58,483 nt of DNA from positions 1 through 58,483 of the forward strand of contig JAHPZI010000029.1 of the NCBI GenBank assembly GCA_019058295.1. Reading direction: 5' to 3'. This DNA comes from Promethearchaeota archaeon (GTDB taxonomy: Archaea; Asgardarchaeota; Lokiarchaeia; Sigyniarchaeales; SOKP01). Below are positions 20,095 through 27,836 of the stretch, in pieces. Every line of letters begins with the position of its first letter. The stretch's first letter is position 1. A model generated the notes under the pieces. That model ran no database searches. It worked only from the letters and a program-made list of their open reading frames with translations, and had not been told where the DNA came from. The position numbers and the translations under genes were made by a program.

Positions 20095-20556
20095 ATGATA
20101 AATATGGTTTATAATAAGATATTATTAGCGACCGATGGTTCTACCCATGCTGAAAATGCTGCCAAAAAAACTGTAGAGTTACAGAAGATTTGGAATAGCA
20201 AGATCTTAATAATTCATTCAGTTAAAGATAACCGAACTCCCAAAGAGCTATATGCGAATGTAGACGTGTTATATAGAAAATATACCATCATAGAGGATGT
20301 ATATATAGATGCAGGAACAGAATTACTAAAAAGAACAAAAAGAATGTTTGGAAAAAATCAAGATTCCGTTGAATATCGTTTAATCGAAAACGAGACACCT
20401 AGTACATGCATTTTACGAGTTGTGAAGGAGGAAAATATAGATCTTGTCGTTTTAGGCAGTCGAGGTATACATTCTAAAATAAAAAAGACCTTCCTTGGAA
20501 CAGTATCAACTAATGTTGCTAAAAAAGTTGATTGTGATTTATTGATTGTGAGATGA
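20095..20556 (+). CDS. Universal stress protein (UspA family)
   Basis: KILLATDGS ... DLVVLGSRG ... FLGTVS ... CDLLIVR. Confidence 0.95.
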   Translation: MINMVYNKILLATDGSTHAENAAKKTVELQKIWNSKILIIHSVKDNRTPKELYANVDVLYRKYTIIEDVYIDAGTELLKRTKRMFGKNQDSVEYRLIENETPSTCILRVVKEENIDLVVLGSRGIHSKIKKTFLGTVSTNVAKKVDCDLLIVR

Positions 20557-20602
20557 ACAAACTTTCAGCATTTATTTCGGATATTCATATTTCTTTTTCT
20601 TA

Positions 20603-21364
20603 TTATATTAACATCTTTCTAAACAAATAAATAGCCCACCCAAATGCCTCCCGCTCCCACTTAAGATAAAGATTTTTCTCTTTATTTAGTTTGGCTAAAA
20701 ACTCAGGAAGGTCGAGTTCTTCCGGATGTAATTGAGCATATTTGTCCATTGCATACCACTGGAGACCGAGATATCTATCCCACTCATCATGGGTGCTCAC
20801 GAAAGTGTACAGCAGTTTTAGACCGAGATTCTCTCCAATTTGCACGTTCCCGGCGTGATTGCTGAACATCTCATATTTTATTTCCGAGAGATCGAAATAC
20901 TCTTTTGGTGGCTTGCTGATCCAAAATGGTTCTCCCACAACGACGAGTCCGTTGCGCTTTGTTTGGCTCATCAAATATTTAAGCGTGCCCTCATGTCCGT
21001 TATAAATCCAACTGGCACCTAAACAACATGTGAGGTCAAAGCTCTCTGGTGTATCGGGCTTATAATTGGCACCGTCCATTTCAATTAGTTTTAAATCGGC
21101 ATTCGGGACACGCTCTTTCGCTTTTCTTTTAGCATCACCGAGATAGTAGGGCGAGATATCAACGCCTATTGCGGATACATTATACTTTTCGACGAGCCGA
21201 ATCAGAAATTCTCCTTTACCGGTGGCGATTTCTAACACTTTTGAACCTGATTTTAACGCCAAGAGGGTGATAAGCTCGTTTAATTTTTCAATGCTCATAG
21301 GATTGCATATGAGATGATCCTTGTGCGTAACATCGTAATATTTCCAAAAATCCATAGTTATCAA
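20603..21364 (-). CDS. Class I SAM-dependent methyltransferase
   Basis: KVLEIATGKG, GVDISP, FDLTCCLGASWI, VVVGEPFW. Likely start is ATG at 21355. Confidence 0.9.
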   Translation of the reverse strand: MITMDFWKYYDVTHKDHLICNPMSIEKLNELITLLALKSGSKVLEIATGKGEFLIRLVEKYNVSAIGVDISPYYLGDAKRKAKERVPNADLKLIEMDGANYKPDTPESFDLTCCLGASWIYNGHEGTLKYLMSQTKRNGLVVVGEPFWISKPPKEYFDLSEIKYEMFSNHAGNVQIGENLGLKLLYTFVSTHDEWDRYLGLQWYAMDKYAQLHPEELDLPEFLAKLNKEKNLYLKWEREAFGWAIYLFRKMLI

Positions 21365-21553
21365 TTTTGTAATGTTTAGGACACCTCTTTAAGTTTTTGA
21401 ATTTCTTCATCGAGAATTATGATGAAACGTTCTAAGAAATGGCGATTTTTTTATTTATATATGTTTTAAAAAATAAGTGACAGCTATAAAAAGGATACTA
21501 CGCAAATCTAATATAATAGGAAATAGTGGATAAATTTAACATTTCTCGACGCT

Positions 21554-22873
21554 ATGATTGATGAATTAATTTTTGATGTATATATCAGTATTTTTTATTC
21601 AATTGGAGCAATTAACCTTACACTAGTAACTATTAAACGGAAAGATTTACTTAAATATTTGCCAGCTTATATATTACATGCAGTTGGCTATATATTTTAT
21701 ACTTTACATCATATTGATTATACTTATCGTTTGATTGCAAATATTTTTTTTCTATTTACAGCAGTTTTTGCTTTTATTGCCATTTATATTGAATATCGGT
21801 TAACATTTACAAAAATTAAAACAAATCAACCGAACTCTGGTTTTAATTTAATTTTTGTAAGTTTGAATTTGATAGTCTCTATTATAATTGGTTTACAAAT
21901 TGTTATTATCTTAATCTTACTAATTTCAATTGTAATGATGGGCCGGATCTTTTTGGTTAAGAGAGCCCCAACATATTTAGCCCTAATTCTAATTCCTTCC
22001 TTCTCTCTATTAGCAATATTTTCTGCTATTATTAATGAAATGAATATATATGGTTCATGGGAATTGAGTTATGTTATTACATTAATACTCACTTCTGTTA
22101 TTTTACTAACGCCGGTAATTGCATATGCTGAAGATAGATTAATAAAATCAGAGAAAAAACATAGAGAAGCATATATCACAGCTGAATTTTATAAAAATTT
22201 ACTTGCTCATGATATTAGAAACATCTTGCAAACTATTGGTTCATCTTATGAACTTATTAAATTATTACCAACACAAAATAATAATAATGAAGAAGTTATG
22301 AAATACCTACAAATCATTAATGAGCAGATTATACGAGGGGCAAATTTAGTTTCTAATGTTCATAAATTATCTCAGTTTTCTGAAGCTATAGTTGAACCAA
22401 AATCTACTGAAGTTTTAGAAATTTTAAAAAAATCAATAAATTTTGTCAAAAATAGTTTTTCCGAAAAAAATATCATAATAGAACTGTATTCTGAATATGA
22501 TGTAGTTAATGTTGGAGCAAATGATTTAATTCTTGATGTATTTGAAAACATTCTAATCAATGCAGTAAAGCATAATAAAAATCAAAAAATAGAGATTCAG
22601 ATATATATTTCAAGAATTCTTGAAAACAGTGAGCGATTCATAAAAATAGAATTTAAAGATAATGGTAAGGGAGTTCCCGATGATTTAAAAGAACAAATAT
22701 TTATGAGTAATATAAATTCTTTTGCTGAAAGCAAAGGTTTAGGGTTAGGGTTGCTATTGGTTAATAAAATTATTCATAGTTATAATGGAAGAATTTGGGT
22801 TGAAGATAGAATTAAGGGAAATTACTCTCATGGATGTAATTTTGTGATTCTAATACCAGAAGCAACTTCTTAA
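21554..22873 (+). CDS. Membrane sensor histidine kinase
   Basis: About 6 N-terminal TMs; LAHDIRN (H-box), NILINAVKH, DNGKG, GLGLGL. Confidence 0.92.
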   Translation: MIDELIFDVYISIFYSIGAINLTLVTIKRKDLLKYLPAYILHAVGYIFYTLHHIDYTYRLIANIFFLFTAVFAFIAIYIEYRLTFTKIKTNQPNSGFNLIFVSLNLIVSIIIGLQIVIILILLISIVMMGRIFLVKRAPTYLALILIPSFSLLAIFSAIINEMNIYGSWELSYVITLILTSVILLTPVIAYAEDRLIKSEKKHREAYITAEFYKNLLAHDIRNILQTIGSSYELIKLLPTQNNNNEEVMKYLQIINEQIIRGANLVSNVHKLSQFSEAIVEPKSTEVLEILKKSINFVKNSFSEKNIIIELYSEYDVVNVGANDLILDVFENILINAVKHNKNQKIEIQIYISRILENSERFIKIEFKDNGKGVPDDLKEQIFMSNINSFAESKGLGLGLLLVNKIIHSYNGRIWVEDRIKGNYSHGCNFVILIPEATS

Positions 22874-22961
22874 AATCATTAGAAAAATATTCTTATGACA
22901 AAATCTTAATTAATTGATTGAATTTAATTATTATTTATGGATATTATTCTATTTGATTTGT

Positions 22962-24278
22962 ATGAATAAAAAGTTGAAAATTTGGATCAAGCGAATATTA
23001 AAAGGCATTCTAGTAGGTTTTATCTCATTGCTTATCATCTTGGGAAGTTTGTCATTATGGTGGGTTATTCGTCCTAATACTGCTCGGATTAACAGCCATT
23101 TAGATTTTACTAAATGGACTGCAGTTTCTAATGGACGCCATAACGCTAACACAGATTTGATCTTATGGAAGGGTCACTATTATTTTATATATGCTAATCA
23201 ACCAGGAAATCAAGGATCTGATACTACTTTCTTATCTCTAAATCGAGGGAAAAATTTACATAATTTAAGAGAAATTCTAACTCTTAATGTTCCTGGAGAA
23301 GATATCCGTGATCCAAAATTCGCGATTATACAAGACAAGTTATTTGTTTTTTACTTAAAAAACAAAGGATTTATCGCGGATCCATATGGTACAGCTTATG
23401 TATACACAACTGATGGCAAAAAATTTAGCGATCCTGAGGATGTTAAGGGATTTGATGATTGGTTATTTTGGCGTCCAAAAACTCTAGACAATATCACATG
23501 GTATTGTACTGCTTCCTCAGCTCCTCAAACAAAATGCATTTTGCTCAAATCAACTGATGGATTCAATTGGGAAAAAGTTTCTTCAATTGCTGAGGGAACT
23601 GGGCTTGCTGAGATAGAATTACTGTTTTTATCAGATAAACGTATGCTTATTTCAATCCGAGATGAAGTAGATCATGATACTGTTTTAGGGCGGACCACCG
23701 CAGGAACAGGGCTTGGTATCTCAAAACCTCCTTATAAGGAGTGGAAAGGAACCGTTGATGCCCTCACTAAACTTGATGGACCTGTACTCTTCAAGATAAC
23801 TGACTCTTCTAATAACTCGCGCTATTTTGCTGTGGGGCGGTTCCAACCAGATAGGGATATCTTTTTTACAGCCTCCGGTAGTGTATTCAGTAGGAAACGA
23901 ACCTCATTATTTGAGTTTATAAATCTTGATAAATCTCCAGAGCTTAGATATATCTCCGATCTTCCGAGTTCAGGTGATACTGCTTATGGAGGGGTCATAG
24001 TGGAAGGTAATCACGTATATATAAGTTATTATTCTTCCCCTCCCGATAGGGATTATGGATGGCTTATGGGGATGTTATTACCTTCAGATATTTTTATGAT
24101 AGATTTGTCTATCTCAAGTTTATTAAAAGCTGCAGACCATCCTCTTGAGCCCGCTATTACACTACCTTGGGATAATTATATTGTTGTATCTTTAGCCGTT
24201 GCTGTGATTATAATAGGTATATATTTACGAATTCGAAAGATTAAAAGACGAGAAGAAAGTGAAGAAAACACCCAATAA
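22962..24278 (+). CDS. Sialidase/BNR-like beta-propeller anchored by N- and C-terminal TM helices
   Basis: HNANTDL, DIRDPK, Asp-box-like TTDGKKF and STDGFNW, GDTAY; hydrophobic helices at both ends. Confidence 0.65.
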   Translation: MNKKLKIWIKRILKGILVGFISLLIILGSLSLWWVIRPNTARINSHLDFTKWTAVSNGRHNANTDLILWKGHYYFIYANQPGNQGSDTTFLSLNRGKNLHNLREILTLNVPGEDIRDPKFAIIQDKLFVFYLKNKGFIADPYGTAYVYTTDGKKFSDPEDVKGFDDWLFWRPKTLDNITWYCTASSAPQTKCILLKSTDGFNWEKVSSIAEGTGLAEIELLFLSDKRMLISIRDEVDHDTVLGRTTAGTGLGISKPPYKEWKGTVDALTKLDGPVLFKITDSSNNSRYFAVGRFQPDRDIFFTASGSVFSRKRTSLFEFINLDKSPELRYISDLPSSGDTAYGGVIVEGNHVYISYYSSPPDRDYGWLMGMLLPSDIFMIDLSISSLLKAADHPLEPAITLPWDNYIVVSLAVAVIIIGIYLRIRKIKRREESEENTQ

Positions 24279-24433
24279 TATTTCTTAGTAATTTCCTCAT
24301 CTAATTTATGGTTTTAATGTATAGCTAAATATGAGCTAAGTATAATAAAAAGTTTTAATTATGGGATTATCTTATATTTTTAAAATGATTTACATATTTA
24401 AATTTCAACAAAACTTAAGAAAAAGGTATTAGT

Positions 24434-24790
24434 ATGTCAGATAGTAATGAAATATTAAAAAAAATTGATGATGTAAAAAATAAATATGCCGAAGAGGAAG
24501 CCGAAATTCAAAAAACTATTTCCAATGAGTTCGATTCAGTGCTTAATGAAATATATTCTAAATATGAGACGGATTATCGAGAAATGGGGAAAGCCAAGGA
24601 AGTTAAAAAAGATTTAAAGAGGCGTATTTCAGAGTTAAAATATATTCTAAAGCTCTTTAATAAAGAAATAAAAATTCTTACGAGGAATAAAAAAAAGCAA
24701 TTAAATCTGAAGCTGAAAGTGTTGAAAAAAGAAAGAGATGAAGAAATAGATAAACTCAAGGAGTCGTTAGATCAACAAAAATTAGAATAA
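24434..24790 (+). CDS. Coiled-coil protein
   Basis: K/E-rich heptad pattern along all 118 aa. Confidence 0.65.
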   Translation: MSDSNEILKKIDDVKNKYAEEEAEIQKTISNEFDSVLNEIYSKYETDYREMGKAKEVKKDLKRRISELKYILKLFNKEIKILTRNKKKQLNLKLKVLKKERDEEIDKLKESLDQQKLE

Positions 24791-24864
24791 ATAAATTCAA
24801 AATCTTATTTTCCTTTTATAAACTAAACAGAATTAAATTTAATTATAGCTATTTCTATTGTCAA

Positions 24865-26313
24865 ATGCTTTTTTGCCCTAATTGTGGAACACGAAACAGA
24901 ACTACTTATAATTACTGTCATAGATGTGGAACGAAAATAAAGTTCACAATTAAAGATATCAAACCTATAAAGAAGGAAATTAAAGAATTTAAGATTAATG
25001 ATTATATAACCTTGAAACTTGAGAGAAATAAAACGGTAATTTACGTAAAAAATAAAAAATTTCTACAATGTAAATATTTGTTAATAGATATTCCAATAGG
25101 AGAATTTAAAGATTTCGATAAAGTTAGTTCAATTGATGATGTCAGCGAAAGACTCAATCATTCCTTAGAAAAAAATATAAATACTGAGCTTTTAGAACCT
25201 GAAATTGAATTCTGGGGCCATTGTTCTAATATGCAAGCTTGGGCTGAAAATTTATATGATACACGGCTACTTCATAGTAATTTAGCTTTTCCACTTCTCA
25301 AAAAATTAACTGATATTGGAGATCCTAATGCAAAAAGAGTTTTTAAAGATGAAATTGTTGAAAGGCTTATGAGTGGATCTAGTAGCGTTTATCAATATTT
25401 AATTCAAAAAAATTATCTTGAATATTTTAATAATGAGGAAATTGAGCTCTTAATGGAAAAGTTCTTTGAACAAATAGAGATGAAATTTAAAAAGAAATTT
25501 GATGATATTCTTGATGAAAATGATATGAATTCACTTCTGGATGTAATTAAGTTCAATTTAGATGAAGCAAAGATATTTTTGACCAATGAAATAAGTCCTG
25601 TTGATGTTGTTAAAAAAGATACTCAAATGGGATTCATGTATGAAAAGGATAGAATTATCTCCTTAGGATTTAATAGATGTGGTTTAAAATTAGTACCCTT
25701 CTCGATAGGAAACTTTGGAAACTTAAAGGAGCTCTACATGACTGAAAATAAATTAAATTCACTTCCAGAATCAATAGGCGATTTGATAAATCTTGAAAAA
25801 TTAGATTTGAGTGATAATTATTTAATTAACGTTCCAAATGAGATTGGGAACCTTATAAATCTCAAAGAATTGTATATAAATCATAATATTATTCAAGTTT
25901 TACCAGAATCAATTTTAAAATTAAAAAAGTTAGAGATTCTATCAATATGGGGGAATCAGTTAATAAAATTACCAAAAAATATGAATGAAATGACATCATT
26001 GAGAGTTTTAGGCTTAAGTTTTAATCAATTAAAGCAATTTCCCGAGTTTTCATATAATTTTGAATCTCTTGAAATTTTGGATCTAAGCAATAACCAATTG
26101 AGTATCTTACCTGAAAATTTTGAACATTTAACATCATTAAAAGCATTATGGTTAAACAATAATCCAATAAAGAGACTTCCTCAATCATTATTAAACCTTG
26201 AATCTTTAAAAGATTTGTATATTGTAAATACTCCCGTAGTTTTTAAGCCAGATATTAAAACTGAAAAAATCTTTAATGATTTTGAAAGACGTGATGTGAA
26301 TATTTGGAAATAA
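24865..26313 (+). CDS. Zn-ribbon + conserved middle domain + leucine-rich-repeat protein
   Basis: CPNC...CHRC; EFWGHCSNMQAW block; about 8 LRRs of the LxxLxLxxNxLxxLPxxI type. Confidence 0.9.
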   Translation: MLFCPNCGTRNRTTYNYCHRCGTKIKFTIKDIKPIKKEIKEFKINDYITLKLERNKTVIYVKNKKFLQCKYLLIDIPIGEFKDFDKVSSIDDVSERLNHSLEKNINTELLEPEIEFWGHCSNMQAWAENLYDTRLLHSNLAFPLLKKLTDIGDPNAKRVFKDEIVERLMSGSSSVYQYLIQKNYLEYFNNEEIELLMEKFFEQIEMKFKKKFDDILDENDMNSLLDVIKFNLDEAKIFLTNEISPVDVVKKDTQMGFMYEKDRIISLGFNRCGLKLVPFSIGNFGNLKELYMTENKLNSLPESIGDLINLEKLDLSDNYLINVPNEIGNLINLKELYINHNIIQVLPESILKLKKLEILSIWGNQLIKLPKNMNEMTSLRVLGLSFNQLKQFPEFSYNFESLEILDLSNNQLSILPENFEHLTSLKALWLNNNPIKRLPQSLLNLESLKDLYIVNTPVVFKPDIKTEKIFNDFERRDVNIWK

Positions 26314-26395
26314 ACTACTTTATAATCTATAAGAAAAATGCTTATAAATTTTTAAAAAAACTAGAAATATAAGATATTTTGAATGGTGAATCTAA

Positions 26396-26554
26396 ATGAC
26401 TGGTTGTAATGAGTTAAAAAAAGGAGATGTTATTACTTGCGAAGATTGTGGGCTTGAACTAACAGTTACTAAAGCATGTGATTGTAGTACGGGGGAAGGT
26501 AGTTGTTCCGCCGAAGGTTTTTCTTGCTGTGGAGATGAAATGAAAAAGAAATAA
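26396..26554 (+). CDS. 52-aa Cys-rich metal-binding protein (desulforedoxin/metallothionein-like)
   Basis: Not in the track. MTGCNELKKGDVITCEDCGLELTVTKACDCSTGEGSCSAEGFSCCGDEMKKK; GGTGA SD upstream; T-tract downstream. Confidence 0.85.
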   Translation: MTGCNELKKGDVITCEDCGLELTVTKACDCSTGEGSCSAEGFSCCGDEMKKK

Positions 26555-26565
26555 TGAAATCTAAC

Positions 26566-26580
26566 TTCTTTTTTTTTTTT
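26566..26580 (+). terminator. Oligo-T terminator
   Basis: T12 run (26569-26580) shortly after the stop of the Cys-rich gene. Confidence 0.55.
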
Positions 26581-26598
26581 AATTAGATATCTCAAAAT

Positions 26599-26701
26599 GT
26601 TCATAATATTTTACCAGATGTTCCTCCTGAAGATATCGTGGCATTTATTTGAAGAAATTCATGAATATAATGAAAATTTAAAAAAAAGTAAGGTTAGATA
26701 A
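26599..26701 (+). pseudogene. Frameshifted C-terminal remnant of a UroD/MtaA-CmuA-family gene
   Basis: VHNILPDVPPEDIVA, then after a one-base shift LFEEIHEYNENLKKSKVR*. HNIxPDVPPENIxA is the typical C-terminal motif of that family. Confidence 0.7.
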
Positions 26702-26787
26702 CAATTGCATAAAAAGATCTTTATTAATTCTTATTTACTTCTTATGTTAAATTATTATATTTTGTAGAGTTATAACCATAAATTAAA

Positions 26788-27051
26788 TTAGTAGCGAAAA
26801 TTTCGATAAGAATTTAATTGTGGAGGGGCTGCTTCTGTAATGACAACATTATTCGCTTGCGGTCCTTTTTGACCTTCAACAACTTCAAATTCTACCTTGT
26901 CATTTTCATGTAGAGTCTTATATTTATCATCATCACCACTAATTGCGGAAAAATGAACAAAAACATCTCCTCCTTCATCGGAGGTTATAAAACCATAGCC
27001 TTTACGGCTATTAAACCATTTTACTATTCCATTTGTCAATTTTAAAACCAA
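26788..27051 (-). CDS. cspA: Cold-shock protein (CspA family)
   Basis: GIVKWFN, KGYGFI (RNP1), DVFVHFSAI (RNP2), KGPQA. Confidence 0.95.
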   Translation of the reverse strand: MVLKLTNGIVKWFNSRKGYGFITSDEGGDVFVHFSAISGDDDKYKTLHENDKVEFEVVEGQKGPQANNVVITEAAPPQLNSYRNFRY

Positions 27052-27293
27052 ATTTCTCTTTTATAAAAAATTTTTTTAGTTCAATTAGAACTGTTTAAGA
27101 AAATAATGCAAGAGTAATAAACTTTAATTTTTTCTGAATGTTGGAAAAAGTTTGAATTCAGTGAATAAAAAAAATTTATTTGGTTTTTTTTTAAAAGAAT
27201 CTATCTTAAAATTATAAAGTATATAAGGAAATCATCATTTTCTTATTAGATTATAAATAAATATTTCAAATTTAATTTTATTTTTAAAATTAC

Positions 27294-27312
27294 AATTCGC
27301 AAATTGCGAATT
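27294..27312. promoter_or_regulatory. Perfect 9-1-9 palindrome, candidate operator
   Basis: AATTCGCAA-A-TTGCGAATT between the divergent csp and aIF-1A genes. Confidence 0.5.
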
Positions 27313-27435
27313 TCTATTTGAAAGATGTTTTCGATTGTTTAGTACAAAACTCAAGTATTTATAAATAGAATTTTGATATATTTTGTTAATCGGAATTATA
27401 TTATTAATGAAGAGATCATTTAGAGTAAATTAACT

Positions 27436-27825
27436 ATGCCAAAAAAGAAAAAAAGTAATCGAAAGAAACGTGGAAGAAGTCCTGGATCATATCAAGCACC
27501 AGAAATAAGTCGTGTAAGATTGCCATATAGAAATAATGGTGAGATGTTTGCGAGAGTTGTAGATATTTATGGTCAAGAAAGAATGGGTGTTTTTTGTGAA
27601 GATGGAAAGCATAGAGTAGGAAGGATTAGAGGCAAAATTAAAAAGAGAGTATGGATAAGAAAAGGAGATTTAATTATAGTCAATCCTTGGGAATTTGAAA
27701 CAGAAATTAAAGGTAAAAAAGAGAAATGTGAAATTTCATGGAGATATTTAAAACATGAAGTCTCATGGATAATTCGTAATAATAAACTTCCTGAAATATT
27801 AGATTTAAATAATATTTCCGTCTGA
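27436..27825 (+). CDS. eif1a: Translation initiation factor 1A (aIF-1A/eIF-1A)
   Basis: RVRLP..GEMFARV...CEDGKHRVGRIRGKIKKRVWIRKGDLIIVNPW...WRY. Confidence 0.95.
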   Translation: MPKKKKSNRKKRGRSPGSYQAPEISRVRLPYRNNGEMFARVVDIYGQERMGVFCEDGKHRVGRIRGKIKKRVWIRKGDLIIVNPWEFETEIKGKKEKCEISWRYLKHEVSWIIRNNKLPEILDLNNISV

Positions 27826-27836
27826 AAGATTTCTTT

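Noticed and set aside
26392-26604. 70-aa minus-strand ORF
   Set aside because: Antisense shadow of the Cys-rich gene, which has an SD and terminator.
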